Shown in pieces: positions 16,404 through 25,974 of a stretch of DNA of 55,802 nt. The DNA is taken from positions 1 to 55,802 of the forward strand of contig CAYVZZ010000002.1 of NCBI GenBank assembly GCA_964456185.1, given 5' to 3'. The notes beneath the pieces are model-generated. The model ran no database searches and was not told where the DNA came from. It saw only the letters and a list, made by a program, of their open reading frames with translations. Origin of the DNA: an uncultured Alcanivoracaceae bacterium (GTDB taxonomy: Bacteria > Pseudomonadota > Gammaproteobacteria > Pseudomonadales > Alcanivoracaceae). Each line of letters starts with the position of its first letter. The first letter of the stretch is position 1. Made by a program: the position numbers and the translations under genes.

Positions 16404-18251
16404 ATGCCACAACAAGGTAACTTGGCATTTGAGGAAACTGATGAGGCGCAACCGGTCATTTCTGCTGGTCTGCGCCCCATCGACTTGGCCTTAGCCGCTT
16501 TTTTGCAGAAACGTTACCCGACAGCCACTGCGGCGCATTGCCAGCTTGCTGCCTTAGTGAGCTACCAGCTCGCTCAAGGGCATTTATGCCTGCCCTTATC
16601 ACAACTGCCGACAGCCGCTAAACAAATTGGTTGGACATGGGCATCGCCGTATCTAACGGATAACCCACTCGTTAGCGATACCGGCGCTACGCCGCTGGTG
16701 CAGCAGCATGATCGGCTTTATTTGCAACGCTATTGGCAGCTTGAGGTAGATATTGCGCGAGCCATTGCCACGCGCCTTGCCACTTCCGGTTATGCGGCGG
16801 CCGATTTGGCGGATGACCTCAACCGCCTCTTTTCAGAAAATAACGTGTCGCCCGATTGGCAAAAGATTGCCTGTGCTCTGGCTTGTCGTAGTGGCATTGG
16901 CATCATCACGGGGGGGCCAGGCACCGGCAAAACCACCACGGTGGTGAATGTGCTGGCACTTATCCAGCAACAGCGCTTTCGGCGTCAGCAACGCCCTTTG
17001 CATATCCGCTTGGCTGCCCCCACAGGTAAAGCGGCAGCGCGCCTAACCGATTCCATTACTCAAGCATTGGACAAGCCCTATCTTGAGCCATTTGACACCA
17101 ATCACTTACCACGCCATGTCATTACCCTGCACCGCTTGCTTGGCTCGCGGCACAATAGCCGTCACTTTCGGCATCATGCCGATAACCCGCTGGCGGCCGA
17201 TTTAGTGGTGGTCGATGAAGCGTCTATGGTGGATATCGACACCATGCATGCGTTGTTAATGGCGTTACCGGCACATTGCCAGTTGCTGTTGGTGGGCGAT
17301 AAAGATCAACTCGCTAGCGTCGAGGCTGGTGCGGTCATGGCGTCGTTATGTGATACGGCCGATCAAGCCGCCTACACAGCCGACACGCTGACCTACATTG
17401 CCGAAGCCGGTTGCCATTATGAAACGGCACCACAAAACGGCTCCCGCTTGGCACAGCACACCACCAAACTTCGCAAAAATTGGCGGGCGGACGGGGTGCA
17501 AGGCATTATCAAATTGGCCGACGCCATTAACCAACAAGATGCAGCTTTAGTCGAGCAAACCTTTGCGACATATCCGGATACCGTTCAGCGCCACCCGCTT
17601 ACCGCCAAATGGCGTCAACAGCATCTTGTAGACAGTAAAAACGGCATCCGCACTTTGTTGCACCACATGCACGACACCCGTCCGACAACGGCGGAAGGTG
17701 CCGATGCCTGGGCAAAGACACTGTTAGAGAAGCTGGCCAACCAACAGCTCATCACCCCACTGCGGCATGGCCCTGATGGACTGGAAGCACTTAACCAACA
17801 AATTACTGATGTGTTATTCCGCCAACAGCTCATCGACAACCGCCAATGGTATGCCGGCCAACCGCTTTTAATCACCCAAAACCTGTATGACCTTGGGCTG
17901 ATGAATGGTGACATGGGCATCACGCTACTACACCCGACACTGGGGTTGCGGGTCGCTTTTATTCACAATAAAACGATACGCTGGGTGCTGCCGCAGCAGC
18001 TAGAAACCCGCAGCCAAGGTGGTTGGGCGATTAGTGTGCATCAGTCGCAAGGCTCGGAGTATGACCGCGTGTTGCTGCACATGCCGTCGCAATTATCGCC
18101 GGTGCTATGTAAAGAGCTGTTGTACACTGCGGTCACTCGCGCCAAGTCGGAACTGATCCTGCTGGAATCAGACAGCCATATTTTCCAGCAGGCATTACAG
18201 CAACGCACGCAGCGATATTCGGGGCTTTCTGCCCGTTTAGCCGCACTTTAA
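16404..18251 (+). CDS. recD: Exodeoxyribonuclease V alpha subunit
   Basis: 615 aa; Walker A GGPGTGKTT; Walker B LVVDEASMVD; C-terminal SVHQSQGSEY...YTAVTRAK. Confidence 0.92.
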   Translation: MPQQGNLAFEETDEAQPVISAGLRPIDLALAAFLQKRYPTATAAHCQLAALVSYQLAQGHLCLPLSQLPTAAKQIGWTWASPYLTDNPLVSDTGATPLVQQHDRLYLQRYWQLEVDIARAIATRLATSGYAAADLADDLNRLFSENNVSPDWQKIACALACRSGIGIITGGPGTGKTTTVVNVLALIQQQRFRRQQRPLHIRLAAPTGKAAARLTDSITQALDKPYLEPFDTNHLPRHVITLHRLLGSRHNSRHFRHHADNPLAADLVVVDEASMVDIDTMHALLMALPAHCQLLLVGDKDQLASVEAGAVMASLCDTADQAAYTADTLTYIAEAGCHYETAPQNGSRLAQHTTKLRKNWRADGVQGIIKLADAINQQDAALVEQTFATYPDTVQRHPLTAKWRQQHLVDSKNGIRTLLHHMHDTRPTTAEGADAWAKTLLEKLANQQLITPLRHGPDGLEALNQQITDVLFRQQLIDNRQWYAGQPLLITQNLYDLGLMNGDMGITLLHPTLGLRVAFIHNKTIRWVLPQQLETRSQGGWAISVHQSQGSEYDRVLLHMPSQLSPVLCKELLYTAVTRAKSELILLESDSHIFQQALQQRTQRYSGLSARLAAL

Positions 18252-18321
18252 CGTGCACACTGATATTGCACAAAACACGTTCAACCGCCACTATATAGCC
18301 ATTCCAACAACAGGGTGTCAC

Positions 18322-18762
18322 ATGAAAAAGCTACTCACTGTTTTATTATTGAGCCTTTTTGCCTCGCCAGTAACTGCTCTGGCGGATTCGAATTACAGCG
18401 TTAAACCGGGAAAATGGGAAATTACCGTCACCATGCTGATGCCGGGCATGCCGTTTACCCCGCCGCCGCGCACCTTTCGACAATGCGTGACACCAGAGCA
18501 AGCCAGCTTGTCGATGAAAAAACAAATGCAGAAGACACAAAAATCAGGCTGCGAGGTAGAGTCGTTCGATTTTGCCCAGGGCGAAGGCCATTGGAAAGTC
18601 AGCTGTCATGGCCGCCATGCGGCATCGGGTGAGGGCTGGGTCACCATTAACAGCGATAAAACCCGCTACACCACCAAGACAGAAATCACCTTGCATGACA
18701 CGGGTGGCGGTACTATGACCATCAAAGGGGACGCGAGCTGGATTGGTAACTGCACGCCTTAA
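18322..18762 (+). CDS. Secreted DUF3617-like protein
   Basis: Signal peptide MKKLLTVLLLSLFASPVTALA, then the PGKWEITV...FRQCVTPEQ pattern. Start set at ATG 18322. Confidence 0.5.
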   Translation: MKKLLTVLLLSLFASPVTALADSNYSVKPGKWEITVTMLMPGMPFTPPPRTFRQCVTPEQASLSMKKQMQKTQKSGCEVESFDFAQGEGHWKVSCHGRHAASGEGWVTINSDKTRYTTKTEITLHDTGGGTMTIKGDASWIGNCTP

Positions 18763-18782
18763 GGCTCCGCAGAATCGACCCC

Positions 18783-18812
18783 AAAAGGCGCATTTAGGTG
18801 CGCCTTTTTTGT
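18783..18812. terminator. Bidirectional rho-independent terminator
   Basis: AAAAGGCGCA-tttagg-TGCGCCTTTT flanked by A- and T-runs, between convergent genes. Confidence 0.75.
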
Positions 18813-18832
18813 TACGTTTAAGCTGCTGCTTT

Positions 18833-19060
18833 TTAGCTTGGCTTAATAAATTGCTGCAGCTCTAATAAGCTAAACGGCCAATTCAATTCCGTATCGCCCT
18901 GCGCCACGACCGGAATACGCTCGCCATAGCGCTGCATAAGTGCATCATCATCGGCCACATCGATTTTGTTCAGTGCCTCTGCCGGTACCAGCATAAGCAG
19001 CAATTTCTCGGCTTCGTCACACAGGTGGCAGCCTTCGGTGAGATAAAAATCAAATGTCAT
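18833..19060 (-). CDS. Glutaredoxin-like DUF836 protein
   Basis: 75 aa, MTFDFYLTEGCHLCDEAEKLL...IPVV (CxxC thioredoxin fold). ATG 19060 overlaps the rlmL stop by 11 nt. Confidence 0.65.
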   Translation of the reverse strand: MTFDFYLTEGCHLCDEAEKLLLMLVPAEALNKIDVADDDALMQRYGERIPVVAQGDTELNWPFSLLELQQFIKPS

Positions 19061-21176
19061 CGCGAATCTCGAAACAATGGTGAATGTCGGGGTGGCGAGA
19101 AAAGTCCTTATCCAACGTGGCACGGCTGATATCGCGCACCTGATACCAGCGGCTGATGTCGTCATCCAGTTTGAATTGACGGAAGTTGCACGAGAAGAAC
19201 AACACACCACCCGGTGCCAGTCGTTTCATCAAATCACGAATGAGTTCGGCGTGATCACGCTGCACCACGAAATCATCGCGGCCTTTACTGTTGGAAAAGG
19301 TTGGCGGATCACAGAAGATCACATCAAATTCATCGTGATTTTTTGTCAACCACCGGCGTACATCGGTGCATACCAAGCGATGGGCGGAACGAGAGAAGCC
19401 ATTCAGTGCCAAGTTGTTAGCTGCCCAGCCTAAATAACGCTTGGAGGAATCGACCGTGACACTGGCTTTGGCTCCACCCAGTGCGGCATGCACGGTGGCG
19501 CTGGCGGTGTAGGCGAACAAGTTTAAAAAGCGTTTGCCAGCCACTTCATTTGCCAAACGCAGACGCATCAAACGGTGATCAAGGAAAAGACCACTGTCGT
19601 GGTAGTCGCGCAGATTGACCAACAATCGCGCCTGCCCTTCGCGCACGATATCGTAACGCCCCTGCTCGCCCAGCTTGTGATACTGCTGATTGCCCTTTTG
19701 TCGCTCACGGGTACGCAGTAACAATTGTTCCCGGTGGCAGCCTAGGCTGGCGCGTACTGCACTCAGCGCCCAGTTACGCCGTTCACGCACTTTAATTTGC
19801 GGAATTTTGGCGGGTGCTTTCCATTCTTGCATCAGCACCTTGTCGCCGTAGATGTCCAAAGTGAAGTTGAACTCGGGCAAATCGCGGTCGTAAAGACGAT
19901 AGGCTTGGATATTTTGTTGTTTTAGCCAGCCTTTTAAATAGCGCCCGTTTTTGCGCAGGCGATTAAACAGCGGTTTGGCCTGTTCTTCCAGCTCAAACTG
20001 CGCTTCGCCTGGTTGCAGCAAGGTGGTTGGCGCGGATTTGCGGGGCAGATACTGGCGAATCCAATTCTTTTCGGCACCATTCAACAGCGTGTGCTGGCTT
20101 TCTAGCTGCATGCCACTGCGGTCCATTACTTCCACATTGGCACCCAGCAGGCTAACGCGCCAATCGGGTGCAAGCGATGCCACCTTGTGGCCTAGCGCTG
20201 CATGCAGCCAACCGGCGCTGGCGGCTTCTTCCAGCCGTTCGCCCCACGGGGGATTGGTGGCCACTAAACCCGCTGGCAGTTCGCGTCCGAAGTCGCGTTG
20301 TTTCAGTGCGCCCAGCTCGCGTTTTTCTACGTGGATGTCCTGCCATACCCCTGCCCGCTCGGCATTGGTGCGTGTGTTGCGTAACGCGCCTAGATCGGCA
20401 TCAAATCCTTTGATGAAGATGTCATCTGGCAAGGGCTGTTGTTGTTTTTCGGCTTCTTCGAGCAAGGCTGGCCAAAGATCTTGCGGGCAGCCACTCCACT
20501 GCTGAAAGCCGAAAAAGGAACGCAGACTGCCCGGGGCAATGCGACGCGCCATTAAGGCCGCCTCGATGAGTATGGTGCCGCTACCACAAAAGGGATCGAG
20601 CAAAGGTTTGTCGGCCTGCCAATCGGCACTGAGCAACAGCGCGGCTGCCAAGGTTTCACGCAGGGGGGCGCGGCCGCCAGCCAAGCGATAGCCGCGACGT
20701 TGTAGCGGCTCGCCAGACAGGTCAATAGATAGCTCGGCTTTTTCCGGCGTGACAAACAGGTGAATCGTCAAGGCGTTATGTGCCTTGGGGCTTAAATTAA
20801 GCTGCATGGGGGCGGCGGCAATAAAGTCTCGCGCCACAGCGAGCTTGTTGACCAACACCTTGCCGCTGGTTTCCACTTCCACGTGCACAGCATCGGCTTG
20901 GGCAATATGTTGTTGCCAATCAAAGGCTTCGGCCAAGGAAACTGCCGCCTCGCGTGCTGGCACCTCACAACTAACCAAACGGCACAGCACCCGCTCGGCC
21001 AAGTGCGAATGCAAACACACCCGCAGGGCGTCACGCAGGCTGCCTTGAAATAGCACCGCCGCCTCACCCTGTGGTGTTACTTCCAGTGACAGTCGAGCCA
21101 ATTCACTGGCCAATAATTTGGCCATGCCGGGCGCGGATGTAATGAGGACATCATGTTGTTGTGCCATATAAGTCAC
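19050..21176 (-). CDS. rlmL: Bifunctional 23S rRNA m2G2445/m7G2069 methyltransferase
   Basis: 708 aa with THUMP plus two SAM-methyltransferase modules (DPFCGSGTILIEAA, NPPWGER, FCDPPTFSNSK). Confidence 0.88.
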   Translation of the reverse strand: MTYMAQQHDVLITSAPGMAKLLASELARLSLEVTPQGEAAVLFQGSLRDALRVCLHSHLAERVLCRLVSCEVPAREAAVSLAEAFDWQQHIAQADAVHVEVETSGKVLVNKLAVARDFIAAAPMQLNLSPKAHNALTIHLFVTPEKAELSIDLSGEPLQRRGYRLAGGRAPLRETLAAALLLSADWQADKPLLDPFCGSGTILIEAALMARRIAPGSLRSFFGFQQWSGCPQDLWPALLEEAEKQQQPLPDDIFIKGFDADLGALRNTRTNAERAGVWQDIHVEKRELGALKQRDFGRELPAGLVATNPPWGERLEEAASAGWLHAALGHKVASLAPDWRVSLLGANVEVMDRSGMQLESQHTLLNGAEKNWIRQYLPRKSAPTTLLQPGEAQFELEEQAKPLFNRLRKNGRYLKGWLKQQNIQAYRLYDRDLPEFNFTLDIYGDKVLMQEWKAPAKIPQIKVRERRNWALSAVRASLGCHREQLLLRTRERQKGNQQYHKLGEQGRYDIVREGQARLLVNLRDYHDSGLFLDHRLMRLRLANEVAGKRFLNLFAYTASATVHAALGGAKASVTVDSSKRYLGWAANNLALNGFSRSAHRLVCTDVRRWLTKNHDEFDVIFCDPPTFSNSKGRDDFVVQRDHAELIRDLMKRLAPGGVLFFSCNFRQFKLDDDISRWYQVRDISRATLDKDFSRHPDIHHCFEIRDDI

Positions 21177-21466
21177 TGAAACCTTCTTTTGTCCGCCACG
21201 TCATCTGTGGCATATCAACCACTTTGGCTTGGGTGTCAAAGTGGTTTCGTTATGAATTTTGAGACTAGTTACGTCATATCCATATGCTGCTTTCTTCTTG
21301 GACATGCCCTGCGCGTCTTCCATACTGGAGTAGTCCATTTTATTTGGACAGATCGGCAAAGGAAACGCCGATACAGCCGACCTGGCATAAGGTGCGCCAC
21401 GAAGGCCACAGTCAGTCGCCGGTCGATCCTGATTTTCACACTGCAGACCAACGACAGGAAAGCGTC

Positions 21467-21673
21467 ATGAAAAGACAGAAGAGAGATCCATCGAAACGAG
21501 CTTACAGTAAAGGTTACAGCGCAGGCGTCAACGGCCGATCCCGTGACTTCTGCCCATTCAACAGTCTGATATGTCGCAGTAGCTGGCTCAACGGCTGGCG
21601 CGAAGGACGTACCGACCAGAATTATGGCATGGTAGGTGTTGCCGGTGTGCAAAACTTGAAAAACATTGGCTAA
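21467..21673 (+). CDS. rmf: Ribosome modulation factor
   Basis: MKRQKRDPSKRAYSKGYSAGVNGRSRDFCPFNS...SWLNGWREG closely matches the E. coli RMF pattern. AGGAAAG RBS. Confidence 0.9.
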   Translation: MKRQKRDPSKRAYSKGYSAGVNGRSRDFCPFNSLICRSSWLNGWREGRTDQNYGMVGVAGVQNLKNIG

Positions 21674-21690
21674 CCTACAACACCGCACTT

Positions 21691-21731
21691 GCCCGGCTAC
21701 TGCATATCCCGCTTAGCCGGGCTTTCTTTTT
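21691..21731 (+). terminator. rmf terminator
   Basis: GCCCGGCTA...TAGCCGGGC stem followed by TTTCTTTTT. Confidence 0.7.
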
Positions 21732-21740
21732 CCCAGCTTT

Positions 21741-22745
21741 TTACGCTTGCCACGCATCGACCGCATCGGCGATCAGCGCCGGCCCATGATAAATAAACCC
21801 AGTATATAGCTGCACTAAATCAGCGCCCAGCTGCTGTTTACGCGCCACGGCATTGGCATCGGTAATACCTCCCACGCCGATTAACGGCAAACGCCCATTC
21901 AAACAGCTATTTAACGTGCGCTGCGCTTCATCCGCCAGCGCATTTACCGGCTTGCCACTTAGGCCGCCCTGTTCGTTGCCGTGGGGCAGCTGCTCGACTC
22001 CAGTGCGGCTAATGGTGGTATTACTGACAATCACACCATCGATGCCGGATTCTACAAAGGCCTCGGCCATGGCAGCCAACGCATCGGCATCATTGTCCGG
22101 CGCAACTTTAACCACCAGCGGCACACGGCGGCCGGCTTGCTGGTCGAGCCGTGTTTGCGTGGCACGAGTTACATCCAACAAACGCAGCAGTTGATCGCCA
22201 TGTTGCAGCTTACGCAGCCCGGGGGTGTTGGGCGATGACACGTTCATCACCACATAATCGGCCTCGGCGTGTACGCGCTCCAAGCAATAGCAATAGTCAT
22301 CGGCGGCTTTGTCTTCCGGGGTGGTTTTGTTTTTGCCGACATTAATCCCCAGCACGCCATCAAAACGCCGTTTTCCCACGGCGCGCACCAGATAATCCAC
22401 CCCTTTGTTGTTAAAGCCCATGCGGTTAATGAGCCCTTCGGCGGCGGGCAGGCGAAACATGCGCGGCTTGGGATTGCCGGCTTGCGGTTTGGGTGTCACG
22501 GTGCCGACTTCAATAAAGCCAAAGCCCAATGCGGCCAGGCCATCAATGCAATCACCGTTTTTATCGAGCCCCGCCGCCAAGCCAACCGGGTTGGCAAATT
22601 CCAGCCCCCAAAGCGACACGGGTTTGCGCTTTTTTTGCGCCGGATAAAACGCCCCTGCGCCATGGCGCAGCATGTTGAGGGTGAGATCGTGGGAAAACTC
22701 GGGCGGCAGCGAAAACAACAGCTGGCGAGCTAGGGGGTACAGCAT
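21741..22745 (-). CDS. pyrD: Dihydroorotate dehydrogenase (quinone)
   Basis: 334 aa, MLYPLARQLLFSLPPEFSHDLTL...GFIEVGTVTP...NVSSPNTPGLR. Confidence 0.93.
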   Translation of the reverse strand: MLYPLARQLLFSLPPEFSHDLTLNMLRHGAGAFYPAQKKRKPVSLWGLEFANPVGLAAGLDKNGDCIDGLAALGFGFIEVGTVTPKPQAGNPKPRMFRLPAAEGLINRMGFNNKGVDYLVRAVGKRRFDGVLGINVGKNKTTPEDKAADDYCYCLERVHAEADYVVMNVSSPNTPGLRKLQHGDQLLRLLDVTRATQTRLDQQAGRRVPLVVKVAPDNDADALAAMAEAFVESGIDGVIVSNTTISRTGVEQLPHGNEQGGLSGKPVNALADEAQRTLNSCLNGRLPLIGVGGITDANAVARKQQLGADLVQLYTGFIYHGPALIADAVDAWQA

Positions 22746-22798
22746 GGCAGTCTCGGCAAAGCGGAAATGCCGCGATTATACCGAAACGGCCAGTGGCA

Positions 22799-23146
22799 TT
22801 ACATGGTGTGGGTGGGGCGATCCGAATCCAGCGAACCGGCAAGATAGTTTTCAATGGTAACGCGCGCTTGATCACTCTGATCGGAAAACTGTACGCCAAT
22901 GCCTGAACGCTTGTTGCCTTGTGCCCCTTTAGGGGTAATCCAGACGACTTTGCCAGCCACCGGGATTTTCTCGCCCGCGTCCATGATGTTGAGCAGCATG
23001 AACACCTCGGCCCCCAGCTTATAGACTTTGTGCGTGGGGATAAAAATGCCGCCATTGCGCAAAAACGGCATATAGGCAGCGTACAAGATGCCCTTATCTT
23101 GAATATTCAGGTTGAGAATGCCGCCTTTGCCGCCGGGTGCCCGCAT
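22799..23146 (-). CDS. pilZ: Type IV pilus assembly PilZ
   Basis: 115 aa; LYAAYMPFLRNGGIFIPT...KIPVAGKVVWITPKGAQGNKRSGIGVQF...DRPTHTM. The holB-pilZ adjacency is as in Pseudomonas. Confidence 0.85.
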   Translation of the reverse strand: MRAPGGKGGILNLNIQDKGILYAAYMPFLRNGGIFIPTHKVYKLGAEVFMLLNIMDAGEKIPVAGKVVWITPKGAQGNKRSGIGVQFSDQSDQARVTIENYLAGSLDSDRPTHTM

Positions 23147-23173
23147 GAGGTTATTCCTATTGTTATGAAATCA

Positions 23174-24199
23174 TTACGCTAATGCGTTGTTCTTAAGGGT
23201 AGTAGCGACGCCACTTGGCGTCAACATCCACAGCAACTGATCCAGCTGTAGTGTTTTATTGAGGTTCGCCGAGCGCTCCAGTCGTCCGACGGCTTCTTGC
23301 AGGCTGTCGTGCCAGCGGCTAAGCGCGCGGGCACCGATGCGGCGAATGAGCTCAATCATCTGTTGTAATGCCGCATCGTCCGGTTTTTGATGAAGAAAAC
23401 CCGAACGCAAGGCGTAATGTGCCCAATGGCATAACGCCTGCAAAAACTCGTGCTGCGGGTATTTAGCCAGTTGGCGACTGGCGGCGGATAAGGACGCGGT
23501 GCCGCCCGTCAATTGCAGCAACAGTGTCATCCACTCTTGACGTTGTTGGAACCAGTCGCTTTCCAGCACAGCGGCCGCTTGCAAAGGCGCACCGGCAGTA
23601 GCGGCCAATGCGGCTTCGGCAGCACCACTCTGCTGCCCTTGTTGCTGTAGCCAGGCCAAGGCATCTGCCATGCTGGGCGGTGCAAAATACCACTGCTGAC
23701 AGCGGCTTTTGATGGTGGGTAATAATAATTGCGGGCTATCGGCCACCAGCAATAGCAAAGTGCCATCGCCCGGTTCTTCCAACGTTTTCAGCAAGGCGTT
23801 TTGAGCGCTGCGATTCATGTGACAGGCCGGTTGCAGCAATACCAAGCGACGCTGCCCCATTTGGCCGGTTTTGGCACAAAAATCCACCACATCGCGGATT
23901 TCATTAACACGCAGCTGTTCACTTTTACCACTGGTTTCGGGGAACAGCACATCAGGATGACTGCCCACCTGCATCAGGTGGCACGACTGACATTTGCCGC
24001 AAGCACCCTGCGGTTGGGGGGCGTTACACAACCACAAGGCCGCAGCTGCGGCGGCAAATTGTCGTTTACCACAACCAGCAGGCCCCGCTAATAACAAGGC
24101 ATGTGGCAGGCGCTGCTGGGCAGTTTGCTGCAACAACCGCTGCCAGCTTTCGTCATGCCATTGCATCGGCTGACTCGCGGTATCAATGGGCTGCGTCAT
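23174..24199 (-). CDS. holB: DNA polymerase III delta-prime subunit
   Basis: 341 aa; RLPHALLLAGPAGCGKRQFA, zinc module CGKCQSCHL, TLEEP, SRCQ. Overlaps the tmk 3' end. Confidence 0.88.
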   Translation of the reverse strand: MTQPIDTASQPMQWHDESWQRLLQQTAQQRLPHALLLAGPAGCGKRQFAAAAAALWLCNAPQPQGACGKCQSCHLMQVGSHPDVLFPETSGKSEQLRVNEIRDVVDFCAKTGQMGQRRLVLLQPACHMNRSAQNALLKTLEEPGDGTLLLLVADSPQLLLPTIKSRCQQWYFAPPSMADALAWLQQQGQQSGAAEAALAATAGAPLQAAAVLESDWFQQRQEWMTLLLQLTGGTASLSAASRQLAKYPQHEFLQALCHWAHYALRSGFLHQKPDDAALQQMIELIRRIGARALSRWHDSLQEAVGRLERSANLNKTLQLDQLLWMLTPSGVATTLKNNALA

Positions 24200-24824
24200 C
24201 GACTGCCTCCAGCAAATAGGTCATCACCGCGCCCAGCTGCTTGCTGACGCCGGTTTTGCAGGCGCCGCCATCAATCACAAAGAATCGCTCGGGCTCGGCT
24301 TTGGCGCGGCTCAGGTAACTGGCGCGTATGCGCTCAAAGAAGGCCCTGTCCTCTTGTTCAATGCGGTCGCGCTCGGCACGTTTATCGGCTCGCTCCAGCC
24401 CTTTTTCTACATCGATATCAAACAATATCGTCGCATCCGGGCGCAAATCCTGCTGGACTTGCTGCTCTAGCCAGGCGATTTGAGAATCTGGCAAGCCCCG
24501 CCCTGCTCCTTGGTAGGCATAGGTGGCATCGGTAAAACGGTCACACAACACCCAAGCACCGCGCGCTAAAGCGGGACGTATTTTTTGCTCGATATGCTGG
24601 GCACGCGCTGCGAATACCAACAATAACTCGGCCATATCGCTCACCGGCTCGTCATCTTGCTGTAGCAGGCACTCGCGAATGCGCTCGGCCACACCGGTGC
24701 CCCCCGGTTCGCGGGTGACTACTACGTCCTTTCCCGCCTTTTCGAGCCAGTCAACAATGAAAGTCAGTTGTGTGGATTTACCCGCCCCTTCAACGCCTTC
24801 CAGGGTAATGAATCGGCCTGTCAT
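24183..24824 (-). CDS. tmk: Thymidylate kinase
   Basis: FITLEGVEGAGKST P-loop and DRF motif. ATGA overlap with the mltG stop. Confidence 0.93.
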   Translation of the reverse strand: MTGRFITLEGVEGAGKSTQLTFIVDWLEKAGKDVVVTREPGGTGVAERIRECLLQQDDEPVSDMAELLLVFAARAQHIEQKIRPALARGAWVLCDRFTDATYAYQGAGRGLPDSQIAWLEQQVQQDLRPDATILFDIDVEKGLERADKRAERDRIEQEDRAFFERIRASYLSRAKAEPERFFVIDGGACKTGVSKQLGAVMTYLLEAVDDAAH

Positions 24825-25891
24825 TTGGCGGCCTCCTGCGATTTTGCTTGCAATTGCTTCGCCGTGGGGGTCGAGCGGTAATTATCGCGGCGGTCGAGCT
24901 GATATTCACGCACCGCCGCATTGTGCTCGGCTAAGGTGCGTGAAAACTCATGGGTGCCGTTGCCGCGCGCCACAAAATACAGATTACCGGTTACGTCAGG
25001 GTGCAACGCCGCTTTAATTGCCAACCGGCTAGGCATGGAAATCGGGGTGGGCGGCAACCCGGCATTCCGATAGGTGTTATAGGGTGAGGGAACGGACAAA
25101 TCGCTTAGAGTGATATTACCGTTGTAATCGTCTCCCAGCGCATAGATCACCGTGGGGTCGGTTTGCAGGCGCATGCCTTGTCGCAGGCGTGCCACAAATA
25201 CACCGGCGATTTTCGGCATTTCGGCAGGCACGGCGGTTTCTTCTTCCACCAGAGACGCCATGATGAGGGCTTTGTAAGGGGTGTCGTATGGCAAATCGTC
25301 GGCACGTTCTGACCAAAGGGACTTGAGTGTCTGGCGGCGTCTATCGAGGGCGCGCTTCACGATGTCCAAATCACTGGAGCCCAAGGTATAAAAATAGGTT
25401 TCCGGTGCTAACAGCCCTTCGATACGGGACTTTTTGATATGGAGCGCATCCAGCAGTTGCTGACGCGACATAGTGGGTATTTTGTGTTGCAACGAAGGGG
25501 CGGTCGCGAGAGCGGCTTTAATCTGTCTCCAGTTCCAGCCGTCAACCAGGGTAAACGCATGTTGCAGCACATTGCCCTTATCGAGATCGCGCAGCACGTC
25601 AATTAAGCGGCTGCCTGGCTGGATGGGGTACTCACCAACTTGCAGATGCGTTGCCAGATGGGTGACACGGGCATAGGCTTGGCTGACCAAGCGCCGCCCC
25701 TGCTGCTGTGCCTCATTTTCACCCAAAACTTGTAATTGGTTTAGGGAATCAAGCACCTGCTCGAAACCCGTACCCGGCGTGATACGCAAGATTTGCTTTT
25801 GTTGCAACGGCAGCGGTGTATACATCAACCAAACCGCACAACCTGCCAGGATAATGGTGGCAAATAGGAAGGATTTAAAAAGCCATTTCAT
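24821..25891 (-). CDS. mltG: Endolytic murein transglycosylase (YceG family)
   Basis: N-terminal TM helix then YceG-like domain (LASLVEEET, YNTY..GLPPTPI). ATG 25891 preferred over the TTG at 25930. Confidence 0.85.
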   Translation of the reverse strand: MKWLFKSFLFATIILAGCAVWLMYTPLPLQQKQILRITPGTGFEQVLDSLNQLQVLGENEAQQQGRRLVSQAYARVTHLATHLQVGEYPIQPGSRLIDVLRDLDKGNVLQHAFTLVDGWNWRQIKAALATAPSLQHKIPTMSRQQLLDALHIKKSRIEGLLAPETYFYTLGSSDLDIVKRALDRRRQTLKSLWSERADDLPYDTPYKALIMASLVEEETAVPAEMPKIAGVFVARLRQGMRLQTDPTVIYALGDDYNGNITLSDLSVPSPYNTYRNAGLPPTPISMPSRLAIKAALHPDVTGNLYFVARGNGTHEFSRTLAEHNAAVREYQLDRRDNYRSTPTAKQLQAKSQEAAK

Positions 25892-25974
25892 AAAGTGCCC
25901 GCTTAATGACGCGTGTAACAGTTTACGCAAGGCCCACCGTGATACAACCCGCAGCTAGTGCGGGTTTAATCGCA

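Noticed and set aside
21189-21688. ORFs of 93 aa (+), 129 aa (+) and 139 aa (-) around rmf
   Set aside because: Only the last 68 codons of the 129-aa ORF match RMF, and these have their own RBS. The rest is leader sequence or antisense.
25892-25930. TTG-initiated 13-codon extension of mltG
   Set aside because: ATG 25891 begins directly at the TM helix (MKWLFKSF...). The TTG start has no convincing RBS.
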